Below are positions 48,720-58,848 of a stretch of 64,000 bases of DNA, piece by piece. Under the pieces are notes generated by a model. The model was not told where the DNA came from, did not search any database, and was given only the letters and a program-made list of their open reading frames with translations. The DNA comes from Candidatus Harrisonbacteria bacterium (GTDB taxonomy: Bacteria > Patescibacteriota > Minisyncoccia > UBA6257 > 1-14-0-10-40-38): positions 1,501 through 65,500 of the forward strand of contig JAHFLD010000002.1 in assembly GCA_023245035.1 (NCBI GenBank). Direction: 5' to 3'. The translations under genes and the position numbers were made by a program. Every line of letters starts with the position of its first letter. The stretch's first letter is position 1.

Positions 48720-51700
48720 TCACACTTCGCGGACGCTGTCGCAGATCAGCTTGGTTTCGCCGTCGCGGGTAGACATCTTGCCGGCGACCAGGATGACCTT
48801 GTTTTCTTCCCAAACTTTTCGGGTTTCATCCAATTTTTCGGGGAAGACGATGACCTCCATAGTATTCCAAAAATCTTGGATTTTCGCAAAGGCCATGGCT
48901 TTGCCAGTTTTGGTGACGATATGCTGAACGCTGGTAATAATTCCGCCGGTAATGACGCTTCGCCGGTTGGGAGTTAACAAGGCATCCTTGATTGGTTTGG
49001 CTTTGATCTTTTCAAACTTTTCGCGATGCTGGTTGAGCGGATGGTCGCTTACATAGAGGCCGAGCAGTTCTTTTTCCCAAATTAGCTTTTGGGCCGAGGG
49101 TGCCGGTTCGGCTGGCTTTAATTGCAGAGCCTGCTTGGAAGTACTGGCGCCGAAGAGTCCCATCTGATTTTGATTGGCTTGTTTTTTGTAGGCGCTGGCG
49201 AATTTGAGGATGTCATCCATATTGGCCAGGGCCGCGGCGCGCTCCACGCCCAAAGAATCAAGAGCGCCACATTTAATCAAACTTTCCAGCGATTTTTTGT
49301 TGAGGTCTTTGTGTTGAACACGGCTTAAGAATGATGGCAAATCCACAAAGTCGCCGGCGCGGTTTCGTTCTTCTATCATGGCTTCCACGATTTTTTGACC
49401 CACGTTTTTGATAGCCGCCAGACCAAAGCGAATTTTGTCGCCTTCCGGCGTAAAATCGGCGTCGCTGCGGTTGATGTCCGGCGCCAAGATTTCGATGTGT
49501 TGTTTTTTGGCTTCGGCGACGAGATAGGTGATTCGGTCAATGTCTTTGGATTCGGCGTTCAAGAGACTCGTCATAAATTCCACCGGATAGTGGGCGCGAA
49601 GATAGGCGGTCTGATAGGCGATCATGGCATAGCAGGCGGCGTGCGAGCGATTGAAGCCATAACGGTCAAACGGTTCCACCAACGCCCAGAACTCATTGGC
49701 GGTTGATTCGGGTATGCCGTTTTTAATACAGCCGTTAATCAGCTTTTCTTTTTGCTCCAGCAGGAGCTTGCGAATTTTTTTACCAACCGCTTTGCGCAGA
49801 ACGTCGGCTTCCGAGAGGGTGAAGTTGGCCAGGGTTCTAGCTCCATTCATCAGCTGCTCCTGATAAATCATGATGCCGTAGGTTTTGTTGAGTACCGGCT
49901 CCAGCTTGGGGTGCAGATAAGTTATGGTTTTCTTGCCGTGCTTGCGAGCGATGTATTCGGGGATGAGTTCCATCGGTCCGGGGCGATAGAGGGCGACCAT
50001 GGCGATTAAGTCTTCAATTTCCGTCGGCTTAAGCTCTTTTAGGTAGCGCGTCATGCCGGAGGATTCAAATTGAAAGACGCCGCTGGTTTCGCCGCGCTGG
50101 AGCATCAGGAAGGTCGGCTTGTCGCCCAGCGGAATTCTATTAATATCGATTTCTTCTCCCTTAACGCTACGGACGAGACGCAGAGTGTTTTCGATAATAG
50201 TCAGGTTGCGCAGACCCAGGAGATCGATTTTAAGCAGTCCCAAGCTTTCCACCGCGTGCATCTCAAATTGCGAGACGATGACGTTGTCGTCTTGCGGAGC
50301 GCGCTGGAGCGGGAGAAAGTTGACCAGCGGTTCGCTCGAGATAACCGTGCCGCAGGCGTGCACCGAGGCGTGGCGAGCGACGCCTTCCAGATGCATGGCC
50401 GCATCCAGGATTTTTTTGGCGTCGGGATTGTTTTCGTAGAGTTCGTGCAGTTCGCGAACTTCTTTAATCGCGCCTTCAAGTCCGGTTTTAACCGATTGGA
50501 CGAAGGGAATTAGTTTGGCGATTTGATCGCAGAAGCTGTAGCTGATACCCAAGGCGCGGCCAACGTCGCGAACCGCGGCGCGCGCCGCCATGGTTCCAAA
50601 GGTAATAATGTTGGCGACGTGATCCTCGCCGTAGGTTTCTTTGAGATAGCCCATGACTTCGTCGCGGCGCGCGTCGGTGATGTCGACATCGATATCCGGC
50701 ATTTGAATTCGGTCGGGATTTAAGAAGCGTTCAAAGATTAAGTCATAGGCAATCGGATCCAAGTTGGTGATGCCCAAAATGTAAGAGACGATACTACCGG
50801 CGGCCGAGCCGCGGCCGGGACCGACGACGATTCCGCGATTTTTGGCCCAGTTGATGAAGTCTTGAACGATCAAGAAGTAATCGGCAAAGCCCATGCGCTC
50901 AATGACACCTTTTTCAAACTCAATGCGAGAGATGACTTCGGCCGATGGATCCGGGTACCGCCATTTGAGCCGATCTTCCAGTAATTTTTTTAGATAAGTG
51001 GTGGCGGTGTAACCTTCGGGGGTGTTGAATTTTGGAATGCGAATCTTATCCAGTTCCAGCTTAACCGAGCAGGCCTCGGCGATTTTGGCCGTGTTTGAGA
51101 CGGCTTCGGGGGTTTCTTTAAAAAGTTCCGCCATTTCCTCCGGACTGCGCATGGAGAAGTCGTCGTTTTTCAAGGTGAGGCGATCGGGATCGTCTAACTT
51201 GTTGCCGGTTTGAACCGCGAGCAAGATGTCGTGGTAGTAGGCGTCATCTTTTTTGAGGTAGTGAATGTCTTGGGTGGCGACCAAGGGAATGCCGGTTTGG
51301 CGAGAGAGAGCGATTAGGTCTTCTTTTACTTGAATGGTTTCTTTAATGCCCGGATGATGGCCGATTTCAAGGTAAAAGTTTTCAGGGCCGAAAATTGATT
51401 GATACTCCAGCGCGGATTTGGCGGCTTCGTCTTTACGGTTGGCCATGAGGTGGCGCGAAACTTCACCGGCAAGACATGCGGAGAGGGCAATCAAGCCTTC
51501 GTGATGGGCGCGAAGCAACTCCTTGTCCATCCGTGGCTTGTAGTAGAAGCCTTCAAGATAGGAGGCGGTTATAAGCTTGAGCAGATTTTTCCAGCCGGTC
51601 TCGTTTTTGGCGAGCAGAATCAGGTGATAATATTTTTCACCGCCGTTTAAACTTTTTTCGAAACGACTGCCGGGGGCGATATAGGCCTCCACGCCAAGTA

Positions 51701-51887
51701 TGGGTTTGATGCCGCTCGCGCTGGCTTTTTTGTAGAACTCAACGGCGGCGTAAAGATTGCCGTGATCGGTGACGGCGAGCGAGGTCATGCCGAGTTCTTT
51801 GGCTCGCTCCACCAGTTCCGGAATTTTTGGCAGGCCGTCGAGTAGAGAATAATGACTATGTGTATGAAGATGAACAAAATTTTCCAT
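48720..51887 (-). CDS. dnaE: DNA polymerase III alpha subunit
   Basis: N-terminal PHP domain HLHTHSHYSLLDGL. Pol III core motifs. 1055 aa. Confidence 0.93.
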   Translation of the reverse strand: MENFVHLHTHSHYSLLDGLPKIPELVERAKELGMTSLAVTDHGNLYAAVEFYKKASASGIKPILGVEAYIAPGSRFEKSLNGGEKYYHLILLAKNETGWKNLLKLITASYLEGFYYKPRMDKELLRAHHEGLIALSACLAGEVSRHLMANRKDEAAKSALEYQSIFGPENFYLEIGHHPGIKETIQVKEDLIALSRQTGIPLVATQDIHYLKKDDAYYHDILLAVQTGNKLDDPDRLTLKNDDFSMRSPEEMAELFKETPEAVSNTAKIAEACSVKLELDKIRIPKFNTPEGYTATTYLKKLLEDRLKWRYPDPSAEVISRIEFEKGVIERMGFADYFLIVQDFINWAKNRGIVVGPGRGSAAGSIVSYILGITNLDPIAYDLIFERFLNPDRIQMPDIDVDITDARRDEVMGYLKETYGEDHVANIITFGTMAARAAVRDVGRALGISYSFCDQIAKLIPFVQSVKTGLEGAIKEVRELHELYENNPDAKKILDAAMHLEGVARHASVHACGTVISSEPLVNFLPLQRAPQDDNVIVSQFEMHAVESLGLLKIDLLGLRNLTIIENTLRLVRSVKGEEIDINRIPLGDKPTFLMLQRGETSGVFQFESSGMTRYLKELKPTEIEDLIAMVALYRPGPMELIPEYIARKHGKKTITYLHPKLEPVLNKTYGIMIYQEQLMNGARTLANFTLSEADVLRKAVGKKIRKLLLEQKEKLINGCIKNGIPESTANEFWALVEPFDRYGFNRSHAACYAMIAYQTAYLRAHYPVEFMTSLLNAESKDIDRITYLVAEAKKQHIEILAPDINRSDADFTPEGDKIRFGLAAIKNVGQKIVEAMIEERNRAGDFVDLPSFLSRVQHKDLNKKSLESLIKCGALDSLGVERAAALANMDDILKFASAYKKQANQNQMGLFGASTSKQALQLKPAEPAPSAQKLIWEKELLGLYVSDHPLNQHREKFEKIKAKPIKDALLTPNRRSVITGGIITSVQHIVTKTGKAMAFAKIQDFWNTMEVIVFPEKLDETRKVWEENKVILVAGKMSTRDGETKLICDSVREV

Positions 51888-52206
51888 GGTATTTCCTCGA
51901 ATTAGACGAGCGATCTACGGCGTTGCCGCCTCCGTTCCTGGTCACTGTATCTTGCTAGATACAGCTTCGGCGGATACTCGGCGGCGCCTTGTATCTCATC
52001 CCGCCTAATTCGAGGAGTGCTTAAAATTATTTTTTTATTATTCTTTGCCGGTTAATTATCTTGCCTTATTATACTTCGTAGCTAGCGGAAAAGACATCAG
52101 TTGACACTATTTATATTTCGTGTATAATTGGGTTAATCCATCTTTGGTGGAGGCTGGCTTCTCGGCAGTTCCGGGAAGGTGTTCTTTGAAAAGCGAGGAG
52201 ATTGTC

Positions 52207-52833
52207 ATGGCGGGAATACCTGTCGCTGGCGATCTGTACCACCGTCTCGACGGCAAGCTTTTTGAGATCAAGCGACAACTTCGTCAACCTGGCGGGTATC
52301 CGTTTGATCCTCGGGATCTTGATGTGGCGCTTCAGCGGGTGATTGAGGGAATGTTTGGAGTAGCCGGAGCAGATGGATTTTATCCAGTTACTCTCAACTA
52401 CGATCTTCCATTTGGCGAGATGGTTCAGGCGGGAAGATTTGACTGGGTGTCTGATCTTGTGAACAGGAGAAGCTTTCCGATTATTGGCCGTGGAACGGAG
52501 GAGGTTCGCCTTGAACTTTTTCATTGCAACTCCGCTCTCTCCATCCGAGGTGCTAGGAGTAAGATTGCGGAACGTGGCTTGATTTGCGCGCGGATTGAAC
52601 ACCTGCTGGCTTTTGCCGCCGCCTATCCAGATGTTCAGTCTAGGTTTCCGGTGATCGCTCTAGATTCCATCTCGCCGGAAGTTGATGCGTGGCATGTGCC
52701 TCTTCTTGGCAGGGATCATCAAGGGCGTACCTTGAGCACGCAAACCTACCTCACTGATTCTGATGAGCTTTGCCCCGGAAGGTTCCGTTTTCTGGCCTAC
52801 CAAATGCCGGCTGTTGCCAAGGGATGGTATTGA
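52207..52833 (+). CDS. Hypothetical protein
   Basis: GAGGAG RBS before ATG 52207. No recognised motif. The minus-strand ORF 52111-52602 is judged antisense noise. Confidence 0.5.
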   Translation: MAGIPVAGDLYHRLDGKLFEIKRQLRQPGGYPFDPRDLDVALQRVIEGMFGVAGADGFYPVTLNYDLPFGEMVQAGRFDWVSDLVNRRSFPIIGRGTEEVRLELFHCNSALSIRGARSKIAERGLICARIEHLLAFAAAYPDVQSRFPVIALDSISPEVDAWHVPLLGRDHQGRTLSTQTYLTDSDELCPGRFRFLAYQMPAVAKGWY

Positions 52834-52969
52834 CCGATAGTTTAGTTCGCTCGCCCCCGACTTGTCTGTCTCTGGCAGATTGCATCGGGGGTGTTTTTTT
52901 ATCTTTATAATCGCGAGTGTAGGTGGTTGACCATTTTTTGGGCCTGCGTTAGTATGGAGAAACTAAATT

Positions 52970-53125
52970 ATGGGAGGCGTACCAGTAAAACATCATTCAA
53001 AATCCAAGGTTGGCCGGCGGCGGTCGCATTTGGCGTTGAAGCCACTCAAACTCATGGTTTGTCCAAAGTGCAAGGCTCCGCGGGTTCCGCATCGAGCCTG
53101 TGCCAGTTGTGGCGTTTATAAGTAA
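52970..53125 (+). CDS. rpmF: 50S ribosomal protein L32 (below the ORF-track length cut-off)
   Basis: Translation MGGVPVKHHSKSKVGRRRSHLALKPLKLMVCPKCKAPRVPHRACASCGVYK has the L32 signature (KRRxSH, CPxC...CxxCG). GGAG lies 10 nt upstream. The track ORF 52891-53121 is in another frame and rejected. Confidence 0.85.
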   Translation: MGGVPVKHHSKSKVGRRRSHLALKPLKLMVCPKCKAPRVPHRACASCGVYK

Positions 53126-53203
53126 CAGGAGTTTTTGGTCGGATTGTGGTATTATTTTTCTGATGGTTGATTTGTCGGCACGTTCGTTTTTTTAGTCGCT
53201 TGT

Positions 53204-53674
53204 ATGGCAACTCGACAACTCGCTCGCTCGGTCGTTTTACAGTCCCTCTACGAATGGGATTTTTATGGTCGCAAAAGCGATTTAGTTTCTTTTTTAGAGA
53301 GAAATCTGGCCGAGTTTGCCCCGGGTCTCGACGAGCCGCAGTTTGCCCGAGATTTGGCTAATGGGGTTGTGGCCAGACAGGAAGAAATTGACATCATTAT
53401 CAGCCGAGCCGCGCCCGACTGGCCGCTTCAACAAATTTCCATCGTTGATCGCAACGCCTTGCGCATCGGTCTTTACGAGTTGCTGTTCGCCAATCCCGAA
53501 GAGGTTCCACCCAAGGTGGCGATTAACGAGGCGATTGAATTGGCTAAAAATTATGGCGGACCGAATTCGGGGAAGTTTATTAACGGGGTTTTGGGCACTG
53601 TTTATAAAGAAGTGGCCAAGGCCAAAGCCGATCAGTTTCCGACGAATAATCAAGATACCAAAGAAACATCCTGA
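53204..53674 (+). CDS. nusB: Transcription antitermination factor NusB
   Basis: [17 protein letters not shown]... All-helical ~150 aa. Sits upstream of rnc. Confidence 0.75.
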   Translation: MATRQLARSVVLQSLYEWDFYGRKSDLVSFLERNLAEFAPGLDEPQFARDLANGVVARQEEIDIIISRAAPDWPLQQISIVDRNALRIGLYELLFANPEEVPPKVAINEAIELAKNYGGPNSGKFINGVLGTVYKEVAKAKADQFPTNNQDTKETS

Positions 53675-53679
53675 TATTT

Positions 53680-54366
53680 ATGCCCGACTTGGCTTTGTTT
53701 CAACGCAGTATCGGTTTTTCTTTTTCGAATAACGCGCTGTTGCGCGAGGCGTTGACACACCGCTCGTATTTGAATGAGCGTCCGGACTGGGATGTTCCGA
53801 ACAATGAGCGATTGGAATTTTTGGGCGACGCCGTGCTGGAGCTTGCGGTTACTGAGGAGCTGTTTCATCGCTTTCCGGATCAGCAAGAGGGGATTTTGAC
53901 GAGCTATCGCGCCGCGCTGGTCAATTATCAAATTTTGGCGAAAATTGCCGGCGAGATTCAACTGGAGGCATTTATTTTTTTGTCGCGCGGTGAGGCCAAG
54001 GATACCGGCAAGGCGCGAGAAGTTATTTTGGCCAATGCTTTTGAGGCTTTGGTTGGGGGGCTGTATTTGGATCGCGGTTATGCCGAGGTAAAAAAGTTTA
54101 TTTTGACGAGAGTAATGGTTCACTTGGCGGAAATTATCGCCGAGGGAAGTTTTAAAGACGCCAAAAGTCTATTACAAGAGAAGGCGCAGAGTGTTTTTAA
54201 ATTGACTCCGAAGTACAAGGTTTTGCGGGAAACCGGTCCGGATCACGACCGGATTTTTACCATGGGAGTTTATTTCGGCGAGAAGTTGATTGCTGAAGGA
54301 TTTGGTCCTTCCAAACAGGACGCGGAACTTGAGGCGGCCAAGAGGGCGCTTGAAGGAATGAATTGA
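53680..54366 (+). CDS. rnc: Ribonuclease III
   Basis: Signature ERLEFLGDAVLELAV. C-terminal dsRBD. Confidence 0.92.
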   Translation: MPDLALFQRSIGFSFSNNALLREALTHRSYLNERPDWDVPNNERLEFLGDAVLELAVTEELFHRFPDQQEGILTSYRAALVNYQILAKIAGEIQLEAFIFLSRGEAKDTGKAREVILANAFEALVGGLYLDRGYAEVKKFILTRVMVHLAEIIAEGSFKDAKSLLQEKAQSVFKLTPKYKVLRETGPDHDRIFTMGVYFGEKLIAEGFGPSKQDAELEAAKRALEGMN

Positions 54367-54442
54367 AGCGCAGGGAAGTCGGTCGTTTTTCCGGCGGAGA
54401 AGCGACATGATTCTCTTTGTCGTATATTATTTAAGAGATTAC

Positions 54443-56578
54443 ATGAAACTTAAACGACTGGAGCTCGCGGGTTTTAAATCTTTTGCCAACAAGACCGTTT
54501 TGGATTTTACCGGCGGGATTACCGCGGTTGTGGGTCCCAACGGTTCCGGCAAGTCCAACATCATTGACGCTTTTCGCTGGATTTTGGGCGCGCGCGAGGC
54601 TAAAAATGCCCGCAGTTTGCGAGCCGAGGATGTAATTTTTGCCGGTACTCAAACGGCCTCGCGGATGAGCTTGGCGCAAGTCGCCGTGACTTTTGATAAT
54701 GCCGACCATTTTTTTCCCGTGGATTTCGCGGAGGTTACGGTTCGGCGCAAGATCAGCCGTGACGGCGAGGCGCGCTTTTATTTAAATGACGCCGAAGTTC
54801 GGCTAAAGGATGTTTTGGATTTTTTTGCCAAGTCGCGTCTGGGTTCCAAGGGTTTTTCCATCATTAACCAAGGAGAGAGCGATCTTTTTGTGAGGTCTCT
54901 GCCCAGAGAGCGGCGGATGATGCTGGAGGAAATATTGGGTTTGCGCCAGTTTCATATTAAAAAACACGATGCGGAGTTAAAGCTTGCGACGACGCGCGCT
55001 AATTTGGATAAGGCCAAAGCTCTGATTGAAGAGATGTTGCCTCACGTGCGTTTGTTGCGGCGCCAGACGGCGAAGCTCGCGCGGTTGGATGAGCTTAAAA
55101 GCGAGCTCGACGAAGTCAGCAAGCAATATTTTGGCAAGCGGTTGTCGGCGGCCTTGCACGAGGTCGCGCAGTTTGAACCGCGTTTTAAGATTTTGGATGA
55201 AAAAATGGCCGAGGCCAGGATTGTTTTCAAGGAGGCCGAGGGAGTTTTGCGCAAAGCCGAGGGCTTGGCTTCGCCGCGCGCCGTCTCCGGCGTTGATCAC
55301 TCGCGCGATAGAAAATTTTTAGATGAAAAACTTTTGGCGATGGAGAAGGAACTGAGCCGGATTGAGGCGCAAATTGAGTTTGCCGGAGTCCAAAAATCCG
55401 GAAGGCTTGATGCCGATGAGCTGGCCGATTTTTTGCGTGATTTTAAGATGAACGCGGAAGAGATTTTGGCCGCGGAAGATTTGGATGACTTGCACGCCTA
55501 TATCTTGCAGGTAGTGAAGGAGGTGGAGGCTTTGCTGGAGGCGGAGCAGGAAGTTCGGGGAAGCAACACCGGCGAGCTTAAATCAAAACGGGATAAGATC
55601 GCTATTTCGATTGAGGAGCTAAAGCGGCAGATCGCGCGTTTGGCCGTGGAAGATGAGTCGCGAACAGAGCAACTTCAGACATTTCAAAAAACTTTCAAGG
55701 AGGCTTTTACTTCTTTTGAGGTGGCGAAGGACCGGACGATAGTTTTAGAGAGAGAGCGGCGCGAGTTGGAATTTGCCCGCGAGAGGGTGCTTGGCAAGAT
55801 GCGGGATATTGAGTCCGAGATTGAAACTTTTGGCGGGCGGATAGATGAGTTTAAAACTTTTGCTTTTGATCCGCATTTTGATTTGGTTTCTGGCGAGCGA
55901 CGATTGGCCAAGCTTCGGATGGAGCTTGCGGCGGCGGGCGAGGTTGATCCCAGCTTGGTTCGGGAGGCGGAAGAGGCGGAGAAGCGCTACTCTTTTTTGG
56001 AGCGCGAGTTTGGCGACTTGGAAAAGGCGGCGGGGGATTTGCAGGCCTTGATCGCCGAGCTGGACGCGCGGATTCAGACGCAATTTAACGATTCGCTTAC
56101 GGCGATAAATCGGGAGTTGCAACAATATTTTCACCTGTTGTTTGGCGGCGGCAAGGCGCGTTTGGTGCTGACCAATCGCGAGGCTTTATCGAGCGATGGC
56201 GAGTCCGCCGAAGGTTCGGCTGATTCCGCGGGATCCGCGGATTTGGGCGGACTGGAAGTTGAGCTTTCGATTCCGCGTAAAAAAATTCATGGCTTGGAGA
56301 TGCTTTCCGGCGGGGAGCGCAGTTTGGTTTCGCTCGCCGTTTTATTTGCTTTGATTTCGGTCAGCCCGCCGCCGTTTATAGTTTTGGACGAAGCCGATGC
56401 GGCGCTTGATGAGCAAAACAGCCGCAAGTTTGGCCAGCTAGTTAAAAATTTTTCGGCGGGAACGCAATTTTTGGTGGTAACTCACAATCGCGCGACGATG
56501 GAGTCGGCGGATGCGTTGTATGGGGTTACTATGAGAGAAGATGGAACGTCCCGAATCCTATCGCTGAAGCTCAACTAA
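54443..56578 (+). CDS. smc: Short SMC-family chromosome segregation ATPase (~712 aa)
   Basis: Walker A GPNGSGKSNIIDA. Long coiled coil. Signature LSGGERSLVSLAVLFAL. Walker B FIVLDEADAALD. Confidence 0.8.
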   Translation: MKLKRLELAGFKSFANKTVLDFTGGITAVVGPNGSGKSNIIDAFRWILGAREAKNARSLRAEDVIFAGTQTASRMSLAQVAVTFDNADHFFPVDFAEVTVRRKISRDGEARFYLNDAEVRLKDVLDFFAKSRLGSKGFSIINQGESDLFVRSLPRERRMMLEEILGLRQFHIKKHDAELKLATTRANLDKAKALIEEMLPHVRLLRRQTAKLARLDELKSELDEVSKQYFGKRLSAALHEVAQFEPRFKILDEKMAEARIVFKEAEGVLRKAEGLASPRAVSGVDHSRDRKFLDEKLLAMEKELSRIEAQIEFAGVQKSGRLDADELADFLRDFKMNAEEILAAEDLDDLHAYILQVVKEVEALLEAEQEVRGSNTGELKSKRDKIAISIEELKRQIARLAVEDESRTEQLQTFQKTFKEAFTSFEVAKDRTIVLERERRELEFARERVLGKMRDIESEIETFGGRIDEFKTFAFDPHFDLVSGERRLAKLRMELAAAGEVDPSLVREAEEAEKRYSFLEREFGDLEKAAGDLQALIAELDARIQTQFNDSLTAINRELQQYFHLLFGGGKARLVLTNREALSSDGESAEGSADSAGSADLGGLEVELSIPRKKIHGLEMLSGGERSLVSLAVLFALISVSPPPFIVLDEADAALDEQNSRKFGQLVKNFSAGTQFLVVTHNRATMESADALYGVTMREDGTSRILSLKLN

Positions 56579-56597
56579 GCAACTGGTCTTTTTTGAA

Positions 56598-56695
56598 TAT
56601 TTCTTTGTCGTAATCTCCGTCACTTGTCGCCGTACTTAGTAAAGTACGCCTTCGGCGTTTACTCGCTTACTCCTCGAACTATTCAAAAAATCTTG
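56598..56695 (+). repeat. Conserved ~90-bp intergenic module, copy C (between smc and rpsP)
   Basis: tttctttgtcgtaatctccgtcacttgtcgccgtacttagtaaagtacgccttcggcgtttactcgcttactcctcgaactattcaaaaaatct. Confidence 0.75.
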
Positions 56696-56868
56696 CGTTG
56701 CCGAAGATTTTCGTTCTATAATCTGCCGCGAATTTGACTCCGAAATAAACCGAGGAGAGATTGCTGTATGAACTCTTCATTTTAATTACTCGTAGTGCGA
56801 TGTTGACGAAACTATTCTTGATTTTGGATTCCTTGCCTTTTTTTGGGTCTTTGCTATACTCTTTCTCT

Positions 56869-57159
56869 ATGTTACGGATTAAGTTCAGCCGAATAGGACG
56901 TAAGCGCCAGCCGAATTATCGGCTAGTTGTGGCCGAACGGAAGAGCAAGCTTAATGGCCAGCCGGTGGAGGATATTGGTTGGTACAATCCTAAGGATGAC
57001 AGTAACTTGGTGCAAAAGGATCGTTTGGCTCACTGGATGCAGAAGGGCGCTTTGCCAACCGATACGGTGCACAACTTTTTGGTGCGAGTCGGTATAATCG
57101 CGGGACCGAAGCGTTCCGTGCATTCGGTCAAGAAAGCATCGGCCGAAGCCAAAGCCTAG
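56869..57159 (+). CDS. rpsP: 30S ribosomal protein S16
   Basis: MLRIKFSRIGRKRQPNYRLVVAE. The track ORF starts 108 nt upstream in unlikely sequence. A TATACT -10 lies 9 nt before the ATG, with no SD. Confidence 0.88.
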   Translation: MLRIKFSRIGRKRQPNYRLVVAERKSKLNGQPVEDIGWYNPKDDSNLVQKDRLAHWMQKGALPTDTVHNFLVRVGIIAGPKRSVHSVKKASAEAKA

Positions 57160-57233
57160 CTTTGACATTTATTGATTTGTCGTGCTATTGTTTTTAGACA
57201 AAGGTCGTTTTCTGCCGTGATATTATTTTTCTG

Positions 57234-57542
57234 ATGTCGAATTCTGGACCGGATAAGGATTTTTTGGAATTTTTGGTAAAGGCGATCGTTGATCATCCGG
57301 ATGACGTAGTGACTAAGCGCACCGTTGATGAGATGGGTGTTTTGCTCTCCTTGAGAGTGAATCCCAAAGATATGGGTCAAGTTGTCGGAAGGCAGGGCGC
57401 GACGGCGAAGGCGATTCGCTCGCTATTGCGGATTGTTGGCATTAAAAACAATGCCCGAGTCAATTTGAAGATTGAGGAGCCCGAAGGATCAACTCGCGAG
57501 CCAAGGTTGGAGACGCCTAACGATGGGGCGATGCAACAGTAG
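57234..57542 (+). CDS. KH-domain RNA-binding protein (KhpA/YlqC-like)
   Basis: GxxG KH motif VVGRQGATAKAIRSL. Conserved rpsP-KH-trmD neighbourhood. Confidence 0.8.
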   Translation: MSNSGPDKDFLEFLVKAIVDHPDDVVTKRTVDEMGVLLSLRVNPKDMGQVVGRQGATAKAIRSLLRIVGIKNNARVNLKIEEPEGSTREPRLETPNDGAMQQ

Positions 57543-57717
57543 ACGGCCAGCTGTTCTAGTGTTCGTATCTTTTGCTTCTATCTTTGAAGTTTTTTTGTAG
57601 TATTAATTTCTTCTTTCCCTAATTAGCGCGAATAGTGATATGGGCAATAGGCAATAGATGTGGGGTATGGGGTTTGGAATGCTGCTTTTTTGATGGTGGG
57701 TTTATTGTTTAAATTTT

Positions 57718-58404
57718 ATGCAATTTCATATTATTTCTCTTTTCACCAAACCGCTCAAAGCCTACTTTGGTGAGAGTATTTTAAAACGCGCCCAGGATAA
57801 AGGTTTGATTTCGGTGGTTTTGCATAATTTGCGGGATTTTTCTCCGGATTTGAAGCATCACAAGGTTGACGCGCCGCCTTATGGCGGGGGGCCGGGCATG
57901 GTTTTGCAATTTGAGCCAATGGCAAAAGCCGTTGCTTTCGCGATGGGCGGGGTGGCTGGAGCCGAGGGTAGAAAAAAGGAAAAATCAAAAGTGAGAGTGA
58001 TTCTATTTTCCACCCGTGGAAAAAAATTGGACGCCAAAATGGCGCAGCGATTGGCTAAATACGACTCGCTTGTTTTGCTTTGTGGGCGCTATGAGGGTGT
58101 GGACGAGCGAGTGGCGAAATATTTAGCCGACGAAGAGGTTTCGCTTGGCGATTTCGTGCTTTCCGGGGGAGAGATTCCGGCTATGGCTTTAGTTGACGCG
58201 GTGGCTAGATTTCTGCCCGAAGTTTTGGGCAAAAGAGAGTCTTTGGAGGAGGTTAAGGGCTCGTATCCAACCTACACCCGACCGGAGGTTGTTGAGTATC
58301 TGATTGGCGCGAGAAGTAAAAAACTTAAGGTTCCAGCAGAACTTTTAACTGGCAACCACGCCAAGATTGCCGAGTGGCGGAAGAGGCACAAAATGTCTTT
58401 TTAA
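57718..58404 (+). CDS. trmD: tRNA (guanine37-N1)-methyltransferase
   Basis: SPOUT fold motifs LLCGRYEGVDERV and SLGDFVLSGGE. 228 aa. Confidence 0.9.
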   Translation: MQFHIISLFTKPLKAYFGESILKRAQDKGLISVVLHNLRDFSPDLKHHKVDAPPYGGGPGMVLQFEPMAKAVAFAMGGVAGAEGRKKEKSKVRVILFSTRGKKLDAKMAQRLAKYDSLVLLCGRYEGVDERVAKYLADEEVSLGDFVLSGGEIPAMALVDAVARFLPEVLGKRESLEEVKGSYPTYTRPEVVEYLIGARSKKLKVPAELLTGNHAKIAEWRKRHKMSF

Positions 58405-58775
58405 ATTGGAATATTGACCTTTAAAACCGTCTTGTGCTAATGTTTCCGTAGCTCTTATTAACGGTACGAGGGATGGGTAGGGCCCTCGGCACTGCAAGTG
58501 TATCGACAAAAGGAACTCTCGAAGTTCTCCTGGCGTTACGCGTTGTACTGCACACCTTTTTGGTACTTACTCGATTTGTAGGGGAGGCGATCGGTTTTGG
58601 CTTGGCTCTTCGGGTCCTTCTTGAGAACACGGTCTTTCGCTGGTCATGTGGCTCTGCTTCCTTCGGGTCATTCACGACCGTCGCCTTCCCTGCATTTTCT
58701 TCCAATGACCACGGGTTCCGTTGAGGAATAAATCCCGTCGAGGAATTATCTGCGAGATTTTTAGAAGTCTCGCGC

Positions 58776-58810
58776 TATTTCTGTGGCTCATTGGTGAGCC
58801 ACTTTTTTTT
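58776..58810 (+). terminator. Hairpin + T8 immediately upstream of rplJ (candidate L10-leader attenuator)
   Basis: ctgtggctcattggtgagccac followed by tttttttt, 40 nt before the rplJ ATG. Confidence 0.6.
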
Positions 58811-58848
58811 GCTTCTGGAACGCCCGCGGTCGAGCGGCGCGAGAAAAT

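Noticed and set aside
52111-52602. 163-aa minus-strand ORF
   Set aside because: It is antisense to the + strand 52207-52833 ORF, which has a GAGGAG RBS and matches local gene orientation. Without a search I cannot decide absolutely, so the + ORF is listed at 0.5.
52891-53121. 76-aa ORF from the track
   Set aside because: It is out of frame with the clear L32 (rpmF) reading frame that has the conserved zinc-ribbon signature. Its product has no ribosomal protein similarity.
56761-56868. N-terminal extension of the rpsP ORF (MLYELFILITRSAMLTKLF...)
   Set aside because: S16 homology begins at MLRIKFSRIGRK (56869), and a TATACT -10 element lies inside the extension.
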